Shown: positions 1-12,299 of the stretch, piece after piece
Numbering within the stretch: the first letter of the stretch is position 1
Layout of the letters: the number at the start of each line of letters is the position of its first letter
Source of the DNA: Octopus bimaculoides
Lineage: Eukaryota
NCBI RefSeq assembly: GCF_001194135.2
Contig: NC_068995.1
Coordinates: 45,612,335 to 45,670,039, forward strand
Length of the DNA: 57,705 nt
Reading direction: 5' to 3'
Notes under the pieces: generated by a model
Told to the model about the DNA's origin: nothing
Seen by the model: the letters and a program-made list of their open reading frames with translations, nothing else
The model's database searches: none
Program-made: the position numbers and the translations under genes

Positions 1-266
1 CACACACACACACACACCTATTTAAAGCACAAACTACTTCACAACACTTTACAAGCTGAAGGTAGAGCTTTGAGCTGCTAGAAACAGACAGTAAATGCCC
101 TTCAAATCACATGACCACCTTAAGTAAGGAAAGGACACATTGGACAATTTGATATTAGACATAACCCTAAAAAAAAGAGGGAGTGGTCTTATCTGGATTG
201 TCTTTGATCAAATGTCTGCTCAATCAGCACTGACAACAATGGACACCATTAACCACTACACACACA

Positions 267-305
<39 letters not shown>

Positions 306-1099
306 CTGCTGCACAATCACACATAATATGCAATATATGCTAACTGTGGCACACACATACATACACACATGAACACATATATCAACCACTAAACACATAC
401 ACTACACATTGACCACTATATGCACACACACACACACAAACATCAACAATTATATACACATACCAACCACTATATATACATGCACACTAAGCACTGTGGA
501 CATGCATGTGTGTGCGTTTGCGGATCCGTAGCTCTTTAATCAACCCCAGTGTATGACAGGTATTTATTTTTTATCAGACCTGGAAGAGTGGAAGTCAAAA
601 AAGCAACCCAGACATGATTTGAACTCTGAACTAAAAGAAAATGTAGCAAAGTACAGTATCATTTTGTGGGATGCTCTGCTGGCCCTGACATGTAATACTA
701 GTCATAAGAAATTTCTAACACTGGCAATTTGAAGGGAAGGGTTAATCAGTTGGTTTTTACTTGGTACTTGACCAGTGGTACTTTATCCTATTGACTCTTG
801 GAAGAGTGAAAGGCAAAGTTGGCTGCTGCAAGATTTGAACTAAGAACATTCTTATTGTTATTGCCTCCCAAGTTCAAATCTCAGAGTTCAATTTTGCTTT
901 TCGTCCTTGATGGGCATAGGTCAATAAAATAAAGTACCAATCAAGTATTGGGAGTCCATTTAATCAACTACCCCTCCCAGTCCCACCAATGTTTTGGGTT
1001 TGTGAATTTATTTATTTTTTTTTTTTTGTAAACCTTTAGTCAGGAGGGAAAGCAATGCGCACGACATTAGAAACAATAATTATTTGATTATTATTAAAA

Positions 1100-1518
1100 T
1101 GGTGAGCTGGTAGAATCATTAGCATGTTCGACAAAATGCTTTGCTGAATTTTATCCAGCTTTTATGTTCCAAGTTCAAATTCTGCCAAGGTTGACTTTGC
1201 CTTTCATCTTTTCAGGGTCGATAAATTGAGTACCAGTGAAACACTNNNNNNNNNNNNNNNNNNNNNNNNNNNNNNNNNNNNNNNNNNNNNNNNNNNNNNN
1301 NNNNNNNNNNNNNNNNNNNNNNNNNNNNNNNNNNNNNNNNNNNNNNNNNNNNNNNNNNNNNNNNNNNNNNNNNNNNNNNNNNNNNNNNNNNNNNNNNNNN
1401 NNNNNNNNNNNNNNNNNNNNNNNNNNNNNNNNNNNNNNNNNNNNNNNNNNNNNNNNNATGTAATCAACTAGGCCCCTTTCTCCAAAAATTTCAGGCCTTG
1501 TGCCTTCAATAGAAAGGA
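1100..1518 (+). mobile_element. SINE family B (tRNA head + Meta-like domain), gap-interrupted
   Basis: Head GGTGAGCTGGTAGAATCATTAGC with B-box GTTCAAATTC, then GCCTTTCATCTTTTCAGGGTCGATAAATTGAGTACCAG; tail AGGCCTTGTGCCTTCAATAGAAAGGA after the N gap. Confidence 0.85.
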
Positions 1519-1651
1519 TGAAAAGTAAAGTCGACCTCGTTGGAATTTGAACTCAGAATGTGAAGATGAACTAAATACCACTAAGCATTTTGCACAGCAT
1601 CCTAACAATTCTGCCAACTCATCACCTTTGATGATGATGATGATAATAATG

Positions 1652-1868
1652 ATAATCCTTTCTACTATAGGCACAAGGTTTGAAATCTGTGGGGAGGGGA
1701 CTAGTTGATTACATCAATCCCACTGTTTCACTGGTACTTAATTTATCGACCCCGAAAGGATGAAAAGCAAAGTCAATATCAGCAGAATTTGAACTCAGAA
1801 CATAGCGACGGGCGAAATGCCGCTAAGCATTTCGTCCAGCCTGCTAACGATTCTGCCAGCTCGCCGCC
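1652..1868 (-). mobile_element. SINE family B, near full length
   Basis: Reverse complement reads GGCGGCGAGCTGGCAGAATCGTTAG...TTTCATCCTTTCGGGGTCGATAAATTAAGTACCAG...GTGCCTATAGTAGAAAAGGATTAT. Confidence 0.85.
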
Positions 1869-1918
1869 TTAATGACATTGATGATGATGATGATGATGAT
1901 AATAATAAAGATAACATA

Positions 1919-2081
1919 GGCGTAGGAGTGGCTGTGTGGTAAGTAGCTTGCTTACCAACCACATGGTTCCGGGTTCAGTCCCACTGCGTGGCACCTTGGG
2001 CTAGTGTCTTCTACTATAGCCTCGGGCCGACCAAAGCCTTGTGAATGAATTTGGTAGACAGAAACTGAAAGAAGCCCGTTG

Positions 2082-2121
<40 letters not shown>

Positions 2122-2531
2122 NNNNNNNNNNNNNNNNNNNNNNNNNNNNNNNNNNNNNNNNNNNNNNNNNNNNNNNNNNNNNNNNNNNNNNNNNNNNNNN
2201 NNNNNNNNNNNNNNNNNNNNNNNNNNNNNNNNNNNNNNNNNNNNNNNNNNNNNNNNNNNNNNNNNNNNNNNNNNNNNNNNNNNNNNNNNNNNNNNNNNNN
2301 NNNNNNNNNNNNNNNNNNNNNNNNNNNNNNNNNNNNNNNNNNNNNNNNNNNNNNNNNNNNNNNNNNNNNNNNGGTGTGTTTACGTCCCCCGCAACTTAGC
2401 GGTTCGGCAAAAGAGACCGATAGAATAAGTACTCGGCTTGCAAAGAATAAGTTCTGGGGTCGATTTGCTCGACTAAAGGCGGTGCTCCAGCATGGCTACA
2501 GTCAAATGACTGAAACAAGTAAAAGAGTAAG
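1919..2531 (+). mobile_element. SINE family A (tRNA head + CORE-like segment + internal TA/TG microsatellite), gap-interrupted
   Basis: GGCGTAGGAGTGGCTGTGTGGTAAG A-box, GGTTCAGTCC B-box, CORE-like GGCACCTTGGG..AGTGTCTT, tail GACTGAAACAAGTAAAAGAGTA; matches copies at 21617, 39801 and 53314. Confidence 0.9.
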
Positions 2532-4132
2532 AATATACCAGCAATTTTAAGGGGAAAATAAATATTAGTAGATTTCAAGAACCCCTGAGGGATGAAAACA
2601 AATTAAAAGCCGTAACTAAATGCCACAAAGCATTTCACCTGGTATTCTAACAGTGTTTTTTTTTAACTCTTACTGTTTTTTGGGTTTTTTTTTTTTTTAA
2701 TAAATTAACTAGAGTATGTGGGGTACTGCAGGGGGAGAGAGAGAGAGAGAATAGTTCTGTATCAGAATTAGGCTGGGTGTTCAGTGTATAGGCCATGATT
2801 GTAAACTTCAATGGTAGATGCAGTATGGGAGGGAAGAAGGTAAAAGAAAGGTAGTTGCATTGTGTGGAGAGGAAGTGATGGGGGGAGGCGGTGAGATTAT
2901 TTAGTGAGAATGTAGAGAAGAGACTGTTATAGTAGTGGTTGCAGGAAAGTTTAGGAGAAGGCACAGCTCATTGGTGGCCCTGTAGGCCTTGGATGGTGAT
3001 GTTGTATATGGGCAACGAGGAAGCTGAATGGGTCGTTTCTAATCAGATACTCTGAATAACTGTGCGTGTGTCTGACTTACAACTGGGTATACTACAAAAT
3101 CATTCACTCCCTCACACACATGTGCACACACTATGCATGCCTAGTGCACATCTCTTCCTCTGTGTATGTGTGTGTGTCTTTCCTTCTCTCTTCCTCTTTC
3201 TATCTCCCTCTCTCCAGCCCATGCTGGTTTTATTGCGGATGCATGGTAGTTTGTTTATGAATGTGAGTCTGTGTGGTGTGTGTGTAGCCTTGCACATGTA
3301 TGTGTATGTAAACACACACTAAATACAACCAACCATACTTCATTATACCTCTGCATTTCATTAACACTTTGTAGAAGTGGTGATGGAGTTGGGGATGGTG
3401 GGGGTGGGGTAGGATAAGAGGATTAACTGGAAGACAAGATTGTATATTTGATTTTGACACCAACTCTATTATTGTCTAGTTTCCATTATCTTGCTCCCCC
3501 CTCCTCCCTTTTTTTTGCACCGTCCCACCCCTCTCTCTGTCTGTGTGTCTGTTTGCCTGTGTCTCTGTGGTAATATCTGGTGAGTGGGCGGGAAGGTGGA
3601 GGGATGGATGGGTGGGCGGGTAGGTTTATGACTGCTGGAGGTGTGGTCAGTAGGGTGAGATATGGGGGTAGCAGATAAAATTTCACATAATCATGGTTTG
3701 CATTGAACTAGTGTGTACACATATTCATAGTATAGTCACCACCTGCATACATACATACATACATACATACATACACACATGGTTATATAGCACATATACA
3801 TGCCTAGACACATATATACATATTCATAGGCACACATACTCCACATACACATAGACACTCATGCACACATTCATATATATAGATACACACATTCATGCCC
3901 ACATACAAATACATGCATGCATTACACACATGTACATAGACACATTATTAAATACATGTATATATATGCATACACGCACACATACTAGTATATGTGCGTG
4001 GCTTAACATTTACACTTGTACACATAAATATTCATTCTTACATAGATAAAGCATGCACAGTATTATATATCAGCATCATTTAGTGTCTGTTTTGCCATGC
4101 TTTCATGGGTTGGACAAGCCTCCTCCAGCACA

Positions 4133-4658
4133 ATTCATGAGGCACCCGTTTTCCAAGTTGTTGAAGATGACAACGAACAGTTGTATGGTTTGAACTAAGT
4201 TTTATTGCCAATTCTTCAACTGATAATGTAGGATTTTCTTAAAGTAATGCCTCAAGGAGCTTAACAAACTCAATTGGACATCTTGTTCAATCTTCATCTT
4301 CAAGGTTGAAATTGCCACTTCTGAATTTTGTAGACCATCTTCTGCAAGTTCTTTCATTCGAGCATTCTTTCCCATAAACTGAGTGTATGTTTCGAGTCGC
4401 TTCGGCTGCAGAGTTTCCTTTTTTGTACTCATAAAGCATTATGTGCCTTGAATGCTCTTTGGATACTTCCTTGTTAGAAAGGGTTTTAATCAAAGAAATT
4501 TTACTTCTATTATTCTGTAAAATAATATTTAATTAGTTTAAATATGCACAAATGCATAAAAGTAATTTTCAATTCCATTAGACATTCTAAAATTCCATTA
4601 AATTTCATTCAATTTTAAAAGAGGTAAAATCGGACAGAACTTATGGGATGACTTGATA
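4133..4658 (-). mobile_element. Truncated mariner (Mos1-like) transposon, 5' portion
   Basis: Minus-strand ORF RHIMLYEYKKGNSAAEATRNIHSVYG..RTCRRWSTKFRSGNFNLEDE (Mos1-type HTH), continuing with stops to HTTVRCHLQQLGKRVPHEL (WVPHEL-like); terminal repeat at 4631-4658 followed by TA. Confidence 0.9.
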
Positions 4659-5118
4659 TATATGAAGCTGTTTGTTAATCTGTACTTGACTAATGTAGTT
4701 AATTCTGTGTAACCCATGCAAGTATGGAAAAATGAATGTTAAATGATGACGGATGATGCTTTTGTGTATATATCATTCTTTTCCACAGTCACCCTCCATG
4801 TCTTCAATGTTTTTTCCCCTCCCTCTCTCTCCTTCCCTTATTCAAACTCTCCTCCCCACCATCTGTTGATCCTTTACATTTATCAATCTTCACCATAACC
4901 TACTTTAAACAAAGTGTTATTTACACCAACTGACAGTGATTAAATTACAGTTAAGTTATCACCAATAAATAAGACCTTGCTGGTCATATCTTGACGGGGG
5001 GGGGGGTTATCTTGACTTCATTTCAGTCCGCTGGATTGTGGCCAGGCTGGGGCACTACTTTGAAGGGTTTAGTTAAACAAATCGACCTCAATACTCTCTT
5101 TTTTGTCTGTTTCTTTAA

Positions 5119-5338
5119 CCCTTTAGTGTTCAGATTATTCTGTTAAATATAATACTTTTTCACTCAAGTTGTTTTGAATTAATCATACATTATCTTACAG
5201 CTTTGAAGTTTCGATGGTGTGATTGTTTATTTTGAGAATGTCAATGTAGAGTAGGTGTGAGAGGCTAGATATGGACAGTTTGAATATAAAACATGTAGAA
5301 TATTTGGGCCGGATATGACCGGTTTAAACACTAAAGGG
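5119..5338. mobile_element. piggyBac-type MITE (220 bp)
   Basis: TTAA on both sides (5115-5118, 5339-5342); perfect 12-bp TIR CCCTTTAGTGTT/AACACTAAAGGG; four more copies in the window. Confidence 0.85.
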
Positions 5339-5765
5339 TTAAACCTTTTGCAAATGGTGGTAGTAGCATTGGTGGTGGTCTTAGGGATAGCAGTGCAGAT
5401 GGAGGTGGAAGGAAATACTCAGAATGAACTCCACTGATTCTACATCAAAGTAATCTTCATATTATTCCTTCTGTTCTTGTCAAAGAATTTCAACACACAC
5501 ACACACATATATATATATATTGAGTCATGATGCCAATATAATTGACACGCACACTGGTTCAGTTCCTCTCGTTTATCAAATATCTGATTGCAAAACAGCA
5601 ATGAAAGAGCTTTGACAAAAAAAATTGGATGTGTAATAAATGAGTGAAATTGAACCAGTGTGTGTGTTAATTATATTGGCATGTTGATTCTCTCTAGATA
5701 CAACAAAATTTGTTTCAACACACAAATTCACATAAAGAATATTGCAAACCAGATACAAAAACGAA

Positions 5766-5806
<41 letters not shown>

Positions 5807-5837
5807 NNNNNNNNNNNNNNNNNNNNNTATATATACC

Positions 5838-6000
5838 TACCTACACTCTCTGAGTGGTTGGCGTTAGGAAGGGCATCCAGCTGTAGAAACTCTGCCAAAT
5901 TAGATTGGAGCCTGGTGTTGCCATCTGGTTCGCCAGTCCTCAGTCAAATCGTCCAACCCATGCTAGCATGGAAAGCGGACGTTAAACGATGATGATGATG
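5838..6000 (+). mobile_element. SINE family C (V-domain-like), 3' part
   Basis: GGCGTTAGGAAGGGCATCCAGCTGTAGAAA (V-SINE-like core); tail CCAACCCATGCTAGCATGGAAAGCGGACGTTAAACGATGATGATG. Confidence 0.8.
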
Positions 6001-6752
6001 ACATACACTGCACACATACATTATCTGGCTCTTACACACACACACACACACACTCTGCACACATGCACTCTTTCACACACATATACACTGTCTCCCACTA
6101 TATACACACATGAAAATGCCATAAACATCAAGTTTTAAGTGAGAATATCCTCTCCAATTCAAATGCAATATATTTTTATGTCTTACTTGACAAAAGGTCT
6201 TAGTAAAATCTCTACTTAACATTAGGGATTAAATCAGCTTATCTGGCTTTGTCGCTACTACTCTCTCTCCATATGTGGTCTTAGTGTGTGTGTGTGTGTG
6301 TCTGTGCATATGAGTATTTTCCTCCTCCTCCTCCTCTCCAGATAATTTGCTCTACCTATTAATGAGGGCCAATATTAGGTAGTCACCTGTATGACTTGTT
6401 AGGTTGTAGATATGATGGACACGGAATGGAGACACACACACACACACACACACACACGTATGCATACCCCTACAGGACCTAGTTCATAAAGATGCTGCTA
6501 TCTGTGACATTTTCATATCAGTTGGTTGCTTTGCTTCTTTCATCACTGCCTCGTTCCCTTGCTACTGAAAATGTGTTGCTGGTTGGATGGATTTGCAAAT
6601 TTTCATACTTGGAGGAAGTAAGGTGGCAAGCAGACAGAATCATTTAGCATGCCAGCTATAGTAGAAGACTTGCTGAAGGTGCTGCACAATGGGACTGAGA
6701 CCACATGGTCAGAAAACAAACTTAACACAGTCACACTTATACCTATATTTAA

Positions 6753-7267
6753 CCCTTTATTCTGTCAAATGTGAAGACATATAGCTCAGGGGTTAGAGCG
6801 TCAAGCTCACAGTTATGAGGCAGTGAGTTCAATTCCTGGACCAGGCTGCGTGTTGTGTTCTTGAGTAAGAAACTTTATTTCACGTCGCTCCAGTTCACTC
6901 AGCTGTAGAAATGAGCTGCAATGTCACTGGTGGCATGGAGAGGGTAGGCTGGTATGCATGGGCGACTGATGGTCTTCCATAAGCAATCTTGCCCAGACTT
7001 GTGCCTAAGAGGGGAACTTTCTAGGTGCAAACCTATGGTTATCCATGACCAAAGGGGGACTTTACCCTTCTACCTTATTCTGTCAAATGTATTTACATTT
7101 TTTTGAATAAATCCTGCATTATCTTGTAACTTTGAGATTTTAATAATGTGACATTTTGTTTTTGAATGACATTGTAGGGTAGGTGTAAGAGGCTGGATCT
7201 GACCAATTTAAATCTAAAACATGTAGAATATTTTGGCTAGGTATGGCCAGTTTAAATACTAAAGGGG
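6753..7267. mobile_element. piggyBac-type MITE interrupted by a SINE
   Basis: TTAACCC left end at 6749; MITE body resumes at 7091; right end ACTAAAGGGG. Confidence 0.75.
6773..7074 (+). mobile_element. SINE family D (tRNA head), near full length, with 16-bp TSD
   Basis: TAGCTCAGGGGTTAGAGCG A-box, GAGTTCAATTCC B-box; TSD TTATTCTGTCAAATGT at 6757-6772 and 7075-7090; inverted homolog at 47777-48132. Confidence 0.85.
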
Positions 7268-8172
7268 TAAGTTTATATATATATATATATATAAATATAT
7301 CTTGTAAGCAAATAAAAGGATGACAATGACAAGAATACATTTTTTAATCTGTGAGCAAATCACTAATTAAAAACACTGTAACATCACCATCTTCATTCCT
7401 TGGTTTGTTTACATTTATACTGTAAAGTTGATGCTTTCTGTAGCTCATCAGGCGTACCCCCTCTTCAACCACTGGTTCAACCATTCAGATCAGTTGTAAT
7501 CATCATTCACTTGTTCCACCATTGGGGTCTTTGGAGGTTGGTCACGCTTACTTTGGGTCCTCATTTTCAACATTGCCACCCAAGGTGACCCTACCAAGAG
7601 TTTAGCACTCCCAGTAGCATCGCCTAAGGTTATAGTAGAAGACACTTGCCCAAGGTGCCACACAGTGGAACTGAACCCGGAACCATGTGGTTGGGAAGCA
7701 AGCTTCTTGCCACACAGCCACACCTGCACCTATGTGTCCAAGAGTAAGACAACTGGTGATGATTGGAGTTTAAGCTGATCAAAATGTTGTGTAGATTGTA
7801 AATATTGAAAAATGTTCACATCTTGAAAGGTGAGATTAATAGTTGGAAAAATTATGATCTTTGATCACCTGAACTAGCTATGATTAATGGTGTTTCTCAA
7901 TACCTTGTTAACGAGATTAATGAGACAACACATTTAGCTGGTCACTCTGACCTGCCAAACAGCAACAATAAAATATACATATGGCACAAAACTAACATGG
8001 AGCTACTTTGTGGACAATCTTCATGCTAGACATAGCACTCAAATCTCCTTGATGTCACATTTGACCTTGGTTAAAACAAAATGAGGGAAAGGCGCATTGG
8101 ATTCTGTAGTCCGAGATAGCTTGTGTCTGGTGAGTGGTGGAGAAGGGATGGGCATGGCTGGACCATCTTTAA

Positions 8173-8385
8173 CCTTTTGGTATTCAGATTACTGTCAAAT
8201 GTAATGCTTATTTATCCACACCGTTTTGAATTAACGATGCATTATCTCATAATGAAGATTTTGATGGTGTGATTGTTTATCTCTAGAATGACATTGTAGA
8301 GTAGATGTGAGAGGCCAGATCTGGTCAGTTTCAGCATAAAACATATAATATTTGGACCTGTTTTGTTTTTTTTAACCCTTAAGGG
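8173..8385. mobile_element. piggyBac-type MITE copy
   Basis: Internal similarity to 5119-5338 (GTCAAATGTAATGCTTATTTAT, GTGAGAGGCCAGATCTGG); TTAA-bounded. Confidence 0.75.
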
Positions 8386-8502
8386 TTAATTATAAGGAGC
8401 TTCATAGGACTGTTGGAACAGTCAGTACCTCTTTAACACATCATTGCCCTCTTTAAAATGGAAATCATCTGTTTTGAGTTTGACCCTTTTTATCCCTTAA
8501 AA

Positions 8503-9601
8503 CAGGGGTTTTCAAACCGTGGTCCGCGGACCACAGGGAGTCCGTGGACAGCAAATACTTTTTATGGGCAATTTGATTTTATATATGTCCTTTAATCGAA
8601 ATCTTTTAATTGACAATAAACCTATTTTGTTAAATACTGTTAAATAAATAAAATGTAAAAATATATGTTATTTCAAGCAAATATTTATGTATAAATTTCA
8701 TAAGCGTTTATAAGGGGGTCCCTAAGGTAAAGNNNNNNNNNNNNNNNNNNNNNNNNNNNNNNNNNNNNNNNNNNNNNNNNNNNNNNNNNNNNNNNNNNNN
8801 NNNNNNNNNNNNNNNNNNNNNNNNNNNNNNNNNNNNNNNNNNNNNNNNNNNNNNNNNNNNNNNNNNNNNNNNNNNNNNNNNNNNNNNNNNNNNNNNNNNN
8901 NNNNNNNNNNNNNNNNNNNNNNNNNNNNNNNNNNNNNNNNNNNNNNNNNNNNNNNNNNNNNNNNNNNNNNNNNNNNNNNNNNNNNNNNNNNNNNNNNNNN
9001 NNNNNNNNNNNNNNNNNNNNNNNNNNNNNNNNNNNNNNNNNNNNNNNNNNNNNNNNNNNNNNNNNNNNNNNNNNNNNNNNNNNNNNNNNNNNNNNNNNNN
9101 NNNNNNNNNNNNNNNNNTGTATGTCTATGTGTGGATGCGCATGTGCACTAAGGTAAAGCCTGAACTATAAAGGGGTCCACAAGCCAAAAAGTTTGAAAAC
9201 CCCTGGCCCAAGGTACCACACAGCAGGACTGAAACCATGTGGTTGGAAACCAAACTTCTTAACCACACAGCCACGCCCGGGTCTCCTTCAGGCACTCACA
9301 TACATGTGTGGGGTCTGTATGTCTATGTGTGGATGCGCATGTGCACTAAGGTAAAGCCTGAACTATAAAGGGGTCCACAAGTCAAAAAGTTTGAAAGCCC
9401 CTGGCCCAAGGTACCACACAGCAGGACTGAAACCATGTGGTTGGAAACCAAACTTCTTAACCACACAGCCACGCCCGGGTCTCCTTCAGGCACTCACATA
9501 CATGTGTGGGGTCTGTATGTCTATGTTTGGATGTGCATGTGCACTAAGGTAAAGCCTGAACTATAAAGGGGTCCACAAGCCAAAAAGTTTGAAAACCCCT
9601 G
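8503..9601. mobile_element. hAT (Charlie-like) non-autonomous element with internal tandem array
   Basis: 15-bp TIR CAGGGGTTTTCAAAC/GTTTGAAAACCCCTG; perfect 8-bp TSD CCTTAAAA (8495-8502, 9602-9609); unexpanded homolog at 49865-50154. Confidence 0.9.
9118..9601 (+). repeat. 198-bp tandem array (hAT right end + SINE head fragment)
   Basis: CTAAGGTAAAGCC recurs at 9148, 9346 and 9544 (period 198); units differ by a few substitutions. Confidence 0.9.
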
Positions 9602-10083
9602 CCTTAAAATATCACACAACACAAACAGTATCAGCAACAATGTCAGTAATGCTACGCAACAGTTTCTGTTGTTACATTAACTTCAGTAACTTGGACTTCA
9701 GGTGGTGGTGGTGGTGGTGGCTGGGGGATTTGCAGTGATGGTCATGATATTGTGTGTGTGTGAGAGAAGAGAGATGATAATTTATAGATTTGTGCATATG
9801 ATGTGTGCGAGGGGAAGGTAGTAGTTGTGGCAATAATAATAATGATGATGTGTGGGTTAATGGTGATGGCGATTATGGACGTGTTGTACAGATGTGTGTG
9901 TGTGTGTGTGCGTGTGTCTATTGATGCTTTGTAGATATATGGTTGGAGTAGGGGTAAATGCTTTGTTGGGGTTGGGTGGAAAGGAAGGAAGGAAGGAAGG
10001 AAAGAAAGAAGGAGCAGTGTGAATGTATAGTGTATTTTATATTTAGTATGTGGTGTGTCATACTTAGTGGTTGCATGGTTGTA

Positions 10084-10121
<38 letters not shown>

Positions 10122-10291
10122 TGTGTAATATCTGTATACATGTATTGTGTGGGTGGTGTATATACATGTAGTATATTTTCAGTGATGGAGTGAGTGTGTG
10201 TGTGTGTGTGATCATAAATATGGCTTCTTTTTTTTCACACGTGTCCAGACTTGCCCTGTAGGTGAGCAGCCCTAAGTTAGCAAGAAACAAA

Positions 10292-10373
<82 letters not shown>

Positions 10374-10396
10374 AGAAAATATACACATACAGATGC

Positions 10397-10431
<35 letters not shown>

Positions 10432-10538
10432 TCACTAGAGAGATAGTTGTTCTCTGTAAAGTTAGTCCTTCTGGAATAACACTGAGTGGAAAGCATTCAG
10501 ATATAGAAACCATTATGTTATTGCTCACATGGACACAC

Positions 10539-10583
<45 letters not shown>

Positions 10584-11856
10584 NNNNNNNNNNNNNNNNN
10601 NNNNNNNNNNNNNNNNNNNNNNNNNNNNNNNNNNNNNNNNNNNNNNNNNNNNNNNNNNNNNNNNNNNNNNNNNNNNNNNNNNNNNNNNNNNNNNNNNNNN
10701 NNNNNNNNNNNNNNNNNNNNNNNNNNNNNNNNNNNNNNNNNNNNNNNNNNNNNNNNNNNNNNNNNNNNNNNNNNNNNNNNNNNNNNNNNNNNNNNNNNNN
10801 NNNNNNNNNNNNNNNNNNNNNNNNNNNNNNNNNNNNNNNNGTGGTGGTGGTGGTGGTGGTGGTGGTGGTGGTGGTGATGATGATGGCTGGTTGTAACAGT
10901 GAAGTTGTTGTTCTTCTTCTTGATGGTGTTGGTGATGGTAATGATGATGATGACTGGTAGTGCCAGTGATGCTGCTGCTGATGGTGGTGACAGTGATGAC
11001 TGGTATTAACAATGATGTTGTTATTGATGGTGGTGGTGGTGGTGGTGGTAATGGTAGTGCCAGTGATAGTAAAGAGCATATTTGTGGTAGCGGGTGGTGC
11101 AGTTACATTGTTGTCACCACCACCACCACCACTGTTACTACCACCAATACTGCGGTCCCTTGATATGTTCTCCATAAATGCAATCTTTTGTGACCCAGTT
11201 CCAATTAATTCCCATTTGGGGTTAACTTCACTCACTTAGCTAATTAAAATCCCCCGAGAAACAATAGCACCATCAGAACCCTCCATTTTTTCCTCCTAAC
11301 CCATAATTCTCAAAATTTCTCAGCTGGTTTTAAAATAAACATGTCATTATTACTGATGATGATGTGGCAAGCATCCATGGTATAGTGAAAGGTTAGTTAG
11401 TTTAGAAATTGACTAGCTTCACTTCCCTGTTTGAATGATATGAACTTGCAGTGCTGACAATGTTGGTAAAGGATGACAGCCACAAATTCACATAAGTTTG
11501 TAACCCTTACCTGTTTTTTTTTTTTTCGAGTAAGGGATCGTTTATATCACATACCTAGGAAGGCATGAAGTGAGTGGACAAGTTGTTGACAGGGAAAGTG
11601 AGAACACCACCACTGCTCATAACGACCATCATAAAATGTAAACAAACACACAGGTGCACATATGCACACATGCGCACCCACACATAGACATACAGACCCC
11701 ACACATGTATGTGAGTGCCTGAGGGAGACCTGGGCGTGGCTGTGTGGTTAAGAAGTTTGGTTTCCAACCACATGTTAGTCTTGAATGAATGAACTGGTTG
11801 TCAGAAGCCTTCCATCCTTGACCTCCCTCTATTGTAGTGTCTAGAATCTCATTATC

Positions 11857-12084
11857 TTATTTCTTTATTGCCCGCAAGGGGCTAAGCATAGAGGGGACAA
11901 ACAAGGACAAATAAAGGAATTAAGTCGATTACATCGACCCAGTGCATAACTGGTACTTAATTTATCGACCCCGAAAGGATGAAATGCAAAGTCGACCTCG
12001 GCAGAATTTGAACTCAGAACGTAAAGACAGACAAAATACCGATAAGCATTTCGCCCGGCGTGCTACCGTTTCTGCCAGCTCACC
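11857..12084 (-). mobile_element. SINE family B, full length
   Basis: Closely matches 32597-32827; tail GCCCCTTGCGGGCAATAAAGAAATAA on the minus strand. Confidence 0.9.
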
Positions 12085-12299
12085 TTATTTTCCAAAGTCT
12101 CCTTGTGTATAATAAGATACAATGTAGAAGAGAAATGGCTGTTATATCTAATGCATCAAATGATCACATAGGTCATTCGTTGGTTTGTTGGGCTGTTAAG
12201 ACACATGGAGTGAACTGAAGCACTGTAGAATTATGGGTAGTGCCCTAAATGCAGGGTGAATTATATTTCAAGACATACAGGATGTTCATTCAATATCTG

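Noticed and set aside
9742-11239. Poly-His/Thr/Val/Cys-Val ORFs of 100-236 aa
   Set aside because: These are translations of CA, GGT and GAT microsatellites; no splice-supported or recognisable domain
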